Positions 53,036-62,809 of a DNA stretch of 64,000 nucleotides are shown here, one piece after another. Source of the DNA: a bacterium (GTDB lineage: Bacteria > Desulfobacterota > Binatia > HRBIN30 > CADEER01). A model generated the notes under the pieces. The model made no database searches. It saw only the letters and a list, made by a program, of their open reading frames with translations, and was not told where the DNA came from. The position numbers were made by a program, and so were the translations under genes. Each line of letters opens with the position of its first letter. Within the stretch, counting starts at the first letter, position 1. Location of the stretch: the NCBI GenBank assembly GCA_019637795.1, contig JAHBUY010000003.1, forward strand, positions 7,409 through 71,408, in the 5' to 3' direction.

Positions 53036-54528
53036 GCCGCGGTGAACGCCGCGATCGTGTACGTGCTCGGTTGCACGACGACCTCGAGCCCAGCCTCGCG
53101 GGCGGTGTCGGCGGTGATCGGCCCGATGCAGGCCGCGCGGACGCCGGCGAGCAGTGAGGGGGCGTCGGCACCGAGCAGGGCGACGAAATTGCGCACCGTG
53201 CTCGAGCTGGTGAAGGTGACGAGGTCGACGGCGCGGCGCGCCAGGCGGTCGCGCAGCTCGCCGAGATCGATCCGCGCCGGCACCGTCTCGTAGGCGGGCA
53301 CTTCGTCGACGTGCGCGCCGGCGGCGCGCAGGGTCACCGGCAGGATCTCGCGCGCCACCGCGGCGCGCGGCAGCAGGACGCGCGCGCCGGCGACGCCGGC
53401 GGCGCACATCGCCGCCGCCACCGCCTCGGCGCGAAATTCCTCCGGCACGACGTCGACCTGCAGGCCGCGCTCGGCGATCGCCGCCGCGGTCTCGGAGCCG
53501 ACGGCGGCGATGCGCGCCCGGTGCAGCGAGCGGACGTCGCGCCGCCGCGCGCGCAGCCGGTCGAAGAACATGGCGACGCCGTTGACGCTGGTCAGCACCA
53601 GCCAGTCGTAGGCGTCGAGGCGCTCGATGGCGTCGTCGAGCGGCGCCCAGGACGCCGGGGGCACGATCTCGATCGTCGGACACGGCAGCACGTCGGCGCC
53701 GAGATCGGTCAGGGCGTCGATGAACCCGGCCGCCTGGGCGCGCGGTCGGGTGACGACCAGCGAACGGCCGAACAGCGGTTTGCGCTCGTACCAGGCGATC
53801 GTCTCGCGCAGGCGCACCACCTGGCCGACCACCGCGATCGCCGGCGGCTGGAGCTGCCGCGCCGCGACCGCGGCCGCGATGGTGGCGACCGTGCCGACCA
53901 CCGTCGCCTGCTCGCCCACCGTCCCCCAGCGGATCACCGCCGCCGGCGTGTCCGGCGCCAGGCCGTGCGCCACCAGCTTCGCCATGTTGGCGGCGAGCTG
54001 CCGCGTCGTCATCAGGAACACCAGCGTGTTGCCGCGCTGCGCCACCGCGTCCCAGTGCACCGCCATCTCCGGCTTGTCGGGATACTCGTAGCCGGTGAGC
54101 ACGGTGAAGGACGAGGCGAGCTCGCGGTGGGTGAGCGGAATGCCGGCGTACGCCGGCACCGCGATCGCCGAGCTGACGCCGGGCACGATCTCGAAGCGGA
54201 TGCCCGCCGCCGCCAGCGCCTCCGCCTCCTCGCCGCCGCGGCCGAACACGAAGGGATCGCCGCCCTTCAGGCGCACCACCGTCCGCCCGGCGCGCGCGTG
54301 CTCGAGCAGCAGCGCGGTGATCACCGGCTGCTCGGTGCGCTGGCCGCCGCCGTGCTTGCCGACCAGGATGCGGGCGGCCTGCGGCGGCGCGTGCTCGAGC
54401 AGGCGCGGGTTCGCCAGATAGTCGTAGATGACGACGTCGGCGCGGCCGAGGGCGCGCGCGCCGGCCAGCGTGATCAGCTCGGGCGCGCCCGGCCCGGCGC
54501 CGACCAGATACACCGTGCCGGGCGTCAT
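52984..54528 (-). CDS. cobA-hemD: uroporphyrinogen-III C-methyltransferase fused to uroporphyrinogen-III synthase
   Basis: The N-terminal SUMT domain starts VYLVGAGPGAPELITL ... and the C-terminal HemD domain follows. The start was checked at 54528. Confidence 0.9.
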   Translation of the reverse strand: MTPGTVYLVGAGPGAPELITLAGARALGRADVVIYDYLANPRLLEHAPPQAARILVGKHGGGQRTEQPVITALLLEHARAGRTVVRLKGGDPFVFGRGGEEAEALAAAGIRFEIVPGVSSAIAVPAYAGIPLTHRELASSFTVLTGYEYPDKPEMAVHWDAVAQRGNTLVFLMTTRQLAANMAKLVAHGLAPDTPAAVIRWGTVGEQATVVGTVATIAAAVAARQLQPPAIAVVGQVVRLRETIAWYERKPLFGRSLVVTRPRAQAAGFIDALTDLGADVLPCPTIEIVPPASWAPLDDAIERLDAYDWLVLTSVNGVAMFFDRLRARRRDVRSLHRARIAAVGSETAAAIAERGLQVDVVPEEFRAEAVAAAMCAAGVAGARVLLPRAAVAREILPVTLRAAGAHVDEVPAYETVPARIDLGELRDRLARRAVDLVTFTSSSTVRNFVALLGADAPSLLAGVRAACIGPITADTAREAGLEVVVQPSTYTIAAFTAAIETYLRKPQMNADGHR

Positions 54529-55444
54529 CCGCTCCAGCCCAGCTCGCGCAGCACCGCGGCGCCGCCCTCGGCGAGCAGCGCCCGCGCCAGCTCGGCGCCG
54601 AGTCGGGCGCCGTCGGCGACGGCGCCGCTGCGCTCGCCGCGCACCACCGGCCGACCCGACGGATGCGCGATCGCGGCGCGCAGGGTGAGGCGCGCGCCGT
54701 CGATCTCGGCGTGGCCGGCGAGCGGCGTCGTGCAGGTGCCGCCGATGGTGGTGAGGAAGGCGCGCTCGGCGTCGATCGCCTGCCGGGTCGGCGCGTGCTC
54801 GACGGCGCGCAACTGCGCCACCACCGCGCCGTCGCCGCTCTCCAGGGCCAGCGCGCCCTGCCCGATCGCCGGCAGGAACTGGCGCGGGTCGCACGGCAGG
54901 GCGTGCGGCGGCGCGACGCCGAGGCGGCGCAGGCCGGCGGCGGCGAGGACGATGCCGTCGACCTCGCCGCGCTCGAGCTTGGCGAGCCGCGTGTCGACGT
55001 TGCCGCGCAGGTCCACCACCGCGAGCCCCGGATACAGCGACCGCAGCAGCGCCGCCCGGCGCGGGCTGGAGGTGCCGACCCGCGCCCCCGGCGCCAGCGC
55101 CGCGAAGCCGCCGCCGGCGCGGGTGATCATGATGTCGCGCGCGTCCTCGCGCTCGGGCACGGCGGCGATGCACAGTCCCGGCGCCAGCTCGCCGGGCACG
55201 TCCTTCAGCGAGTGCACCGCGGCCTCGATGCGGCCCTCGAGCAGCGCCGTCTCCAGCTCCTTGACGAACAGCCCCTTGCCGCCGACCTGGTGCAGCGGCA
55301 CGTCGACGATGCGATCGCCCGAGGTGCGGATCACCACCAGCTCGGCGCGCAGGCCGGGGTTGGCCGCCTCGATGCGGCGGCGGATCCACTCCGCCTGGGC
55401 GAGCGCCAGCTTGCTGCCGCGGGTGCCGATGCGCAGGACGGCGG

Positions 55445-55448
<4 letters not shown>
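54525..55448 (-). CDS. hemC: hydroxymethylbilane synthase (porphobilinogen deaminase)
   Basis: LRIGTRGSKLALAQA ... is the HemC N-terminus. Confidence 0.95.
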
Positions 55449-56727
<1,279 letters not shown>

Positions 56728-56731
<4 letters not shown>

Positions 56732-57534
56732 CCGAACGACCTCCCGTGCGGCAGGCCGAGGTTGAGGCTGATCAGCGACACCACCAGCAGCGCGAAGCCG
56801 ACCAGGGTGAGCGTCGCCGCCCGCCGCCCGCGCCAGCCGATCGAGCGCGCCTGCAGCAGCACCGCGTAGAGCAGCCAGGCGAGCACCGACAGCACCTGCA
56901 CCGGCTCCCACGACCAGAAGGTGCCCCAGGCCGCTTTCGCCAGCAGCGAGCCGGTGACGATGCCGATGGTGAAGAGGGCGAAGCCCCAGGCGACGCAGCG
57001 GTAGTTGAGGTTGTCGAGCGTCTCCAGCGAGGGCAGGCGGAAGCGGCCGCGCCGCTTCGCCTTCAACTGCCGCTCCTGCAGCAGGTAGACGAGGCTGACG
57101 CAGGAGGCGAGGGCGAAGATGGCGTAGCCGAGGAACGCCGGCGCGACGTGCGCCGGCAGCCAGGCGGTGTCGAGCTCGGCCGGCAGGCGGTCGGCGCCCG
57201 AGAACACGATGTAGGACGAGAGCGTCAGCAGGAACGCGAGCGGCGTCACCAGGGCGCCGAGCACCGCCAGCGGCGCCCGCCACTGCAGGCCGAGGTAGAG
57301 GCCGACGATCAGCCAGGCGAGCAGCGAGAGCTGGTCGTGGAAGGTGCCGAGCGCGCCGAGGCCGACGCTGTGCAGGCGCAGCACGACGGCGACGGTGTCG
57401 AGCGCGAAGGCGGCGGTGAGCGCCACCAGCGCGATGCGATGGGCGAGGACGCGGCCGCTGGTGATGTGGGCGACGAACGCCGCCGCGGAGGTCAGGTAGA
57501 GGCCCAGGCTGAGGGCGAAGAGGAGCAGCTCCAT
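56728..57534 (-). CDS. cytochrome c assembly protein (CcsA/HemX-like membrane protein)
   Basis: 268-aa polytopic ORF with W-rich segments (WGTFWSWEP), lying between sirC and hemA. Confidence 0.7.
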
Positions 57535-57546
57535 GAGCGGTCCGGC

Positions 57547-58209
57547 TCAGAGATGGGCGCCGAGGCTGGCGAGCGACACCTGCGCCCCGGCGTGGGCGGC
57601 GAGCAGGCGATCGACCGCCGCCGCATCGGGGCGGCGCAGGCATTCGAGGAGGTCCGAGGCCACCAGCGCGCGCAGGATGCGTTGCCGCTCGGCGCTGGGT
57701 AAGTCCCGCGCCTGCAGGTGGGCGCGCAGGCGGGCGAGGACGTCGAGCGCGCGCTCGTACTCGGGACCGAGCAGGCGGTCGATCTCGTCGCGGACCCGCC
57801 CGGCCAGGGCGGGGCTGCCGCCGCCCGTGGAGACCGCCACCGCGAGCTCGCCCCGACGCAGCACCGCCGGAACGATGAAGCGGCACCATTGCGGCCGGTC
57901 CACCACGTTCAGCAGCACGCCCGCCGCCTCGGCTGCCCGCGCCAGCTCGGCGTGCAGCGCCTCGTCGTCGGTGGCCGCGTAGGCGAGCCGGGCGCCGTCC
58001 AGGTCGCCGTCCTGGTACGTCCGGTGGAAGTGGCCGATCTCACCCCGCGCCAGCCGCTCGGCCAGACCGGGGGTCAGGGAGGGCGCCACCACCGTCACCC
58101 GCGCCCCCGCGGCCAGCAGGGACTCGACCTTGCGCTCCGCCACCTCCCCGCCGCCGATGACCACGCAACGCTCCCCCGCCATCTGCAGGAAGACCGGATA
58201 GTAGGCCAT
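57547..58209 (-). CDS. sirC: precorrin-2 dehydrogenase / sirohydrochlorin ferrochelatase (siroheme synthase N-domain, SirC/CysG-N)
   Basis: MAYYPVFLQMAGERCVVIGGGEVAERKVESLLAAGARVTVVAP is the Rossmann motif. The start was checked at 58209. Confidence 0.85.
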   Translation of the reverse strand: MAYYPVFLQMAGERCVVIGGGEVAERKVESLLAAGARVTVVAPSLTPGLAERLARGEIGHFHRTYQDGDLDGARLAYAATDDEALHAELARAAEAAGVLLNVVDRPQWCRFIVPAVLRRGELAVAVSTGGGSPALAGRVRDEIDRLLGPEYERALDVLARLRAHLQARDLPSAERQRILRALVASDLLECLRRPDAAAVDRLLAAHAGAQVSLASLGAHL

Positions 58210-58508
58210 TGCCGGACCGTAGCACAGGAGGCCGACGCGGCGCACCGAAGCCGCCGCCCGGGACCGCGGGCGTCTCGCCCGCACCGCAGCGCGCAACGTG
58301 CGAGCGCCGCCGCCCTTCCGCTCGTCCCCGAGCCGCTGTGCTGCGTATGCGTCGCACGCACGAGCAACCGATGATCACCAAGCGCGATCTGCGCATTGCG
58401 TGCCGGCTCAGCAGCAGCGCGGCGGGCGCCGTCGCCATCGCCAAGCCGGGTCGCCGCGCGAGACGCACCCACGCCGCAGGCGCCCGCAGCGGGACTCGCG
58501 CGCACGCG

Positions 58509-58775
58509 CTATGCCGCGCTGCCTGCCCTGGATCGCACCGATCGCCTCGGGGTGGCCCGTCTCGCCAGCGCGGCCACCTGGACGAGCGCCCGCAGCCCCT
58601 CGTTCACGGCCCGCGCGTTGCCGAAGTAGGGCCACAGCTCGGGGTCGACCACCACCGCATGCGCCTGGCGCGGGAAACGGGCGGCATAGCGTCCGCGGCT
58701 CGCCCTGCTCCAATCGTAGCGTTCGAGTGAATCCTCCGCCGGTCGCTTGCGGCGGCTAGCCGATGCCTTCTTCAT
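58509..58775 (-). CDS. brnA: BrnA-type antitoxin (DUF4415-like)
   Basis: ...YDWSRASRGRYAARF ... NARAVNEGLRALV follows the BrnA pattern. It overlaps the brnT 3' end by 20 nt. Confidence 0.6.
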   Translation of the reverse strand: MKKASASRRKRPAEDSLERYDWSRASRGRYAARFPRQAHAVVVDPELWPYFGNARAVNEGLRALVQVAALARRATPRRSVRSRAGSAA

Positions 58776-59043
58776 ATCTTCTCCTCTGCGCCGCGGACGC
58801 CTTCCGGGCGCTGATCAGGCGGATTCGCTCACCTCTCTCGGCGTGGACCACGAACAAGACGCGTTGTCGGGACGAGCAGCCGATGATCACGAAGCGGCTG
58901 GGAACGAAGCGATCCGGCGCATCGATCGCATTGGGGTCGGAGAACACGGTCAGCGCCTCCGGAAAGGACACCCCGTGCTTGACCAGATTCGCGCGCGCCT
59001 TGGCGTCGTCCCATTCGAAATCGCCATAGACCGCCCGCCCCAT
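58756..59043 (-). CDS. brnT: BrnT-type toxin (DUF497)
   Basis: FEWDDAKARANLVKHGVSFPEALTVFSDPNAI ... RFVIIG ... HAERGERIRLISARKA is the DUF497/BrnT signature. Confidence 0.75.
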   Translation of the reverse strand: MGRAVYGDFEWDDAKARANLVKHGVSFPEALTVFSDPNAIDAPDRFVPSRFVIIGCSSRQRVLFVVHAERGERIRLISARKASAAQRRRYEEGIG

Positions 59044-59152
59044 GCGCCCACACGCTATACCAGCGGCCCGCCGAGGCGAGAAACCGACATCGCGGCGGCC
59101 GAGCCGCGGCGGCGAGCCCATGCAGCCGACGGCGCCGCACGCCGGCAACCGA

Positions 59153-59515
59153 TCAGCGGCCGCCGATCACGACCGGCGCCCGGCCGCTGCCGAGCCGCAG
59201 CACGGTCCAGCCACCGGCCAGCGCCCGTTCGACCATGCGCGTCTCGCGCGCCAGGGAAAAACCGGCGGTCAGCGCGTAGCCGAAGCGCGGGATGCGCGCC
59301 GGGCGCAGGTCGAGGGCCCGTTGCGCCAGCAGGCGCTGCGGCCCGAGCAGCTCGACGTAGCGGCCCCGGCCGGAGCTGTGCTGGCGCAGCTCGCGCTGCA
59401 GCTCCAGCAGCTTGGACTCGGCGTCGATCTCGAAGGCCAGGGCGTTGAGCGTGTTGCGCTTGCTGCGCCGGCAGGCGCGGTAGTGCCGCCACAGGTCGGC
59501 GAAGGAGACGTCCAT
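59153..59515 (-). pseudogene. truncated reverse transcriptase (DGR/retron-type RT), N-terminal about 55 aa only, then unrelated sequence
   Basis: MDVSFADLWRHYRACRRSKRNTLNALAFEIDAESKLLELQRELRQHSSGRGRY matches the conserved N-terminus of DGR RTs (FxNLxxAxxxAxxGKR ... F ... LQxEL ... Y). No downstream RT motifs are found in any frame. Confidence 0.5.
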
Positions 59516-59570
59516 GGCAAGTGTGGCGGGCGCCGCCGGGGCGGCGCCCGCCACGGGGCCGATCACGATC

Positions 59571-59707
59571 CGCTACGCACGGCGCCAACGTAGTTGTTGT
59601 TGGTGCGGTTGTTCGCGTTCACGTTCCCATCGTTGAAGTTCGCGATCCACGCGTTGTCCGGATTGGGCGCGTAGGTAGTAGCAGACCAGTAGTTGTTGGA
59701 CTGCGTC
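59571..59707 (-). repeat. DGR template-repeat (TR)-like copy of the 3' end of the DUF1566 gene; extremely AAC-rich
   Basis: The coding-sense translation is TQSNNYWSATTYAPNPDNAWIANFNDGNVNANNRTNNNYVGAVRSGS*, with 12 AAC codons in 46. It is homologous to 60184..60324. It lies between the avd stub and the RT stub. Confidence 0.65.
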
Positions 59708-59723
59708 GCCCTCGCCGCTTGTG

Positions 59724-59893
59724 CCCGCCGCCGATGACCACGCAACGCTCCCCCGCCATCTGCAGGAAGACCGGGTAGTAGGCCATTGCCGGACCGTAGC
59801 ACAGGAGCCCGATGCGGCGCACCGAAGCCGCCGCCCGGGACCGCGGGCGTCTCGCCCGCAGCGCAGCGCGCAACGTGCGAGCGCCGCCGCCCT
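59724..59893 (-). repeat. 170-bp near-identical (about 97%) direct duplicate of the sirC promoter and first 21 codons (58147..58316), inserted where avd should be
   Basis: Base-by-base comparison gives about 5 mismatches in 170. It includes the sirC ATG copy at 59779..59781. Confidence 0.9.
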
Positions 59894-60057
59894 CGTTCCG
59901 GTTGCCTACCGAGGAACCTCCCGTCGCTTCGAGCTGGGTCGTCCCGACACGATCCGCGTGGAGGGCGCCGCTGGTCGGAGACTCCGACGGCGCTGCGCTG
60001 CGGGCGAGACGCCCGCGGTCCCGGATGGGTGCAGGGAGGTGGCGCAGGCCGACGCGG

Positions 60058-60120
60058 CTCGAAGTACAGGCAGAGATCGTAGGCGGCCTTGTAGATGGGA
60101 AGGTGCTCGCTCTGCGCCAT
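60058..60120 (-). pseudogene. avd: N-terminal stub (about 21 aa) of an Avd-like four-helix-bundle protein (PF05635 / 23S rRNA IVS family)
   Basis: MAQSEHLPIYKAAYDLCLYFE resembles the conserved N-terminus of four-helix-bundle/Avd proteins. The frame then runs into unrelated duplicated sequence. Confidence 0.45.
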
Positions 60121-60180
60121 CGGCCCGGTGTGGGGGGCTCCCGCCCCACACCCCCCCGTATCAAATGGTCCAATGATCGA

Positions 60181-61359
60181 TCACGAGCCGCTACGCACAG
60201 CGCGAACGTAGTAGCTGCTGGTGCGGCCGCCCAAGTCCACGTACCCATGGCCGAAGGACGGCAGCCACACGTAGAGCGGATCGGGCGCGGAGGTAGTAGC
60301 AGACCAATGGTGGCTGGACCGCGTGCACGAGCACGCCGCGTTCGTGATGTCGGCGCACGCAACGCCGCAGCTCCCGCCGTCGAAGGCCACGTCGACCACC
60401 GGCGGCGTGGTGTCGGCATAGTCGAGAATGCCCTGCAGCTCCTGCAGCCTCGGCACGCGCCAGTCGTTGTGGCCGGCGAAGTTGGCGCTGTTGAGATCGG
60501 CGGCCCAGGTCCAGATAGTGGTCGACTGGTTGCAGGTGCCGTCGCCGCCGGTGCACTCGTCGCAGCCGGTGGTGCCGCCCTCGGCGTTGGCGGCGCACAG
60601 CGTCGCCGCCGCCGCCGCCGGCTGGCAGAACTTGCTGGTGTTGACCGTGCAGGTGCCCGACCACGGGTAGTAGTTGTCGGCGTCGTGCGGGTTGGCGAAG
60701 TCCGGGTTGTAGTCGAGCTTGACCTTCTTCTCCCACTGCAGGCCGCTCTGGTTGTCGGTGACCGTCCCGTCGGCGTTGTCGGCGAAGCGGGCGTTCCAAC
60801 AGCCGCTGGTGTCGAAGACGCAGCCGCTGCCGCAGCGCAACACGCCCCCGACGTAGCCCTCGGTGGCGCAGGTGGCGCCGTTGAGGGTCCCCAGATCGCA
60901 CTGCTCGCCGCCGTCGATGGCGCCGTTGCCGCACAGCTCGGCGGCCACCAGGTCGGTCTCGCAGGTGTCGAGGTCGGTGGTGCAGGTGGTCAGCTCGTCG
61001 TTGCACTGCTGCACCGGCGGCGGCAGGCCGCCGCCGGCCAGCGCCGTCGCCAGCGCGTCGGTGTACTCGCCGATGAACGCCTGGATCGCCGCCTGGTCGC
61101 CGTTCGACGGGCACATGCCGCCGCCCGCCGCCTCGGTCTTGCCCCACTTGCCGGCGAATCCGGCGTCGCACTTCGAGAAGTCCGGCGCCCCGCCGCTCTG
61201 CGCCGCCTTGGCCTCCGCCTTCAGGCGGCAGAAGTCGTACTTGCCGGCCAGCTTCAGCTTGCCGGCCTGGCACTTCTCGGCCGGCGTCACCGCGCCAGCG
61301 CCGCCGGCGAGCGCCAGGCTCGCCAGGACAAACCCGTACCGCAGCAGATGTTCCATCGC
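60181..61359 (-). CDS. secreted/lipoprotein with Myxococcus-type cysteine-rich repeats and C-terminal DUF1566 (Lcl-like, C-type-lectin-fold) domain; putative DGR target protein
   Basis: Signal peptide MEHLLRYGFVLASLALAGGAGA. Repeats CGNGAIDGGEQCDLGTLNGATCATEGY ... CGSGCVFDTSGCW. DUF1566 motifs TVTDNQSGLQWEKK, NYYPWSG and DWRVPRLQELQGILDYA, ending ...HHWSATTSAPDPLYVWLPSFGHGYVDLGGRTSSYYVRAVRSGS. Confidence 0.75.
   Translation of the reverse strand, partial: AMEHLLRYGFVLASLALAGGAGAVTPAEKCQAGKLKLAGKYDFCRLKAEAKAAQSGGAPDFSKCDAGFAGKWGKTEAAGGGMCPSNGDQAAIQAFIGEYTDALATALAGGGLPPPVQQCNDELTTCTTDLDTCETDLVAAELCGNGAIDGGEQCDLGTLNGATCATEGYVGGVLRCGSGCVFDTSGCWNARFADNADGTVTDNQSGLQWEKKVKLDYNPDFANPHDADNYYPWSGTCTVNTSKFCQPAAAAATLCAANAEGGTTGCDECTGGDGTCNQSTTIWTWAADLNSANFAGHNDWRVPRLQELQGILDYADTTPPVVDVAFDGGSCGVACADITNAACSCTRSSHHWSATTSAPDPLYVWLPSFGHGYVDLGGRTSSYYVRAVRSGS
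60184..60324 (-). other. variable-repeat (VR)-like 3' segment of the DUF1566 gene (partner of the TR-like copy)
   Basis: Aligned with 59571..59707, there are about 33 differences in 137 nt. About 22 fall where the TR copy has A (coding sense), and every AAC codon of the TR is changed. A GC hairpin (60127..60152) lies 29-54 nt downstream of the stop. Confidence 0.6.
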
Positions 61360-61787
61360 GTTCCCCCTCCAGGCAGTGTCAGTGATCGCCGACCCGATGC
61401 CTCTCATCGGGCGCTCATCTTTCTCTCATCCAGCGTCGCGGGGAAGGCAACCTAGGGAAAACCCTGATCACCGCGAGAGCCGGCCGGGGATGCTCGAGCG
61501 TCGGTCGCGAGCCCGGGCGCTGCCGGGCGGTCGATCACGACGGTCACCTGGAGGACCGCGCCGGGGACGAGACGGTCGGCCAGGGCGCCGCGCCGCGTGG
61601 CCGCGCCGCACTCCGGGCGCGGTCGAACGGCAACCGCCGGCGGCGCCCGGCGGACCTGGAGACCCGCGCTGCGGCCCCGCCCCGCCCGCTGTCCCCCGCC
61701 GGCGGGCGAAAGGTTTGCCAACCCCCACCTGGCCTGGTACTGCTGCTCTTTAATTTTTGCCCCACCCCCTCATCAAAAGGAGAGCCT

Positions 61788-62656
61788 TCGTGAAAGCACA
61801 ACTGCAGCGGATCGGGTTCCTCGCCGTGGCCGTGGCCGGCATGGCCTACGCGACGGCGGCCCTGGCGGACGACGCCACCAACCAGAAGATCATCGACTAC
61901 TACCGGCGCAAGTCGAACCTGCCGCCGGAAGTGGCCGTGACGGTGACCAACGTCACCGACGCCAAGATCCCCGGCGCCAAGCAGGCGACGTTGAACCTGT
62001 CGCGCGGCGGCCAGACGCAGACCGAGGAGATCCTCATGTCCGCCGACGGCCGCTACGTGGTCTTCGCCGAGGTCGAGGACATCACCTCCGATCCGTTCAA
62101 GGCGATCGCGTCGAAGATCAAGACCGACAACTCGCCGGTCCGCGGCCCGAAGGACGCGAAGGTCACGATCGTCGAGTTCTCCGACTTCCAGTGCCCGTAC
62201 TGCGCCCGCGCCCATCAGACGATGAGCGAGCAGGTGATGAAGGAGTACGACGGCAAGGTGAAGCTGGTGTACAAGAACTTCCCGCTCGGCTTCCACAAGT
62301 GGGCCGAGCCGGCCGCCATCGCCGGCGCCTGCGCCTACCAGCAGGATCCCGCCGCCTTCTGGACGTTCTACGACTACATGTTCAACAACCAGCAGCAGAT
62401 CACGCCCGAGAACGTGAAGGAGAAGTCGCAGGAGGCGCTGAAGGGCACGAAGGTCGACATGGCGAAGTGGAACGACTGCTTCGACAACAAGAAGACCCTC
62501 GAGAAGGTCAAGGCGGACATGGCCGAGGGCGGCGCCGTGGGCGTCACCGGCACGCCGGCCTTCATCATCAACGGCCGCAAGATCAGCGGCGCCCAGCCGT
62601 TCCAGAACTTCAAGGCCGTCATCGACGACGAGCTGGCGCGCTCCGGCAAGAGCTGA
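61788..62656 (+). CDS. DsbA-family thiol:disulfide oxidoreductase (GTG start after AAGGAG RBS)
   Basis: CPYC active site (FSDFQCPYCARAH), a signal/anchor sequence, and a thioredoxin-fold C-terminus. Confidence 0.85.
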
Positions 62657-62809
62657 GCGCTGCGCGGCATGCCACACCGCACGACGGGCCGGGAGGAGCA
62701 GTCCTCCCGGCCCGTCCCTTTTTGGGCGGCCGGCGTCGGCGCTCGGCAGGCAGCGGCCGGTCGGCGCGCCGCGTGGCCGACGGCTGGCGCTTCGTAAGCT
62801 CGCCGCCGC

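Noticed and set aside
59724-59893. Interpreting the 170-bp duplication as a transposon target-site duplication
   Set aside because: It is far too long for a TSD. One copy is partly re-used in inverted orientation, and no transposase or IS ends are present.
59563-60120. ORF 59563..60120 (-) as a single real gene
   Set aside because: It is a chance in-frame fusion of the avd N-terminal stub, duplicated sirC-promoter sequence and the TR. Only the first 21 and last 46 residues have recognisable homology, to unrelated families.
59153-61359. An intact, active DGR
   Set aside because: RT homology stops after about 55 residues with no downstream motifs in any frame. avd is interrupted after 21 codons by the duplicated sirC segment. 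TR and VR also differ at non-adenine sites. The parts are in canonical order but the element appears dead.
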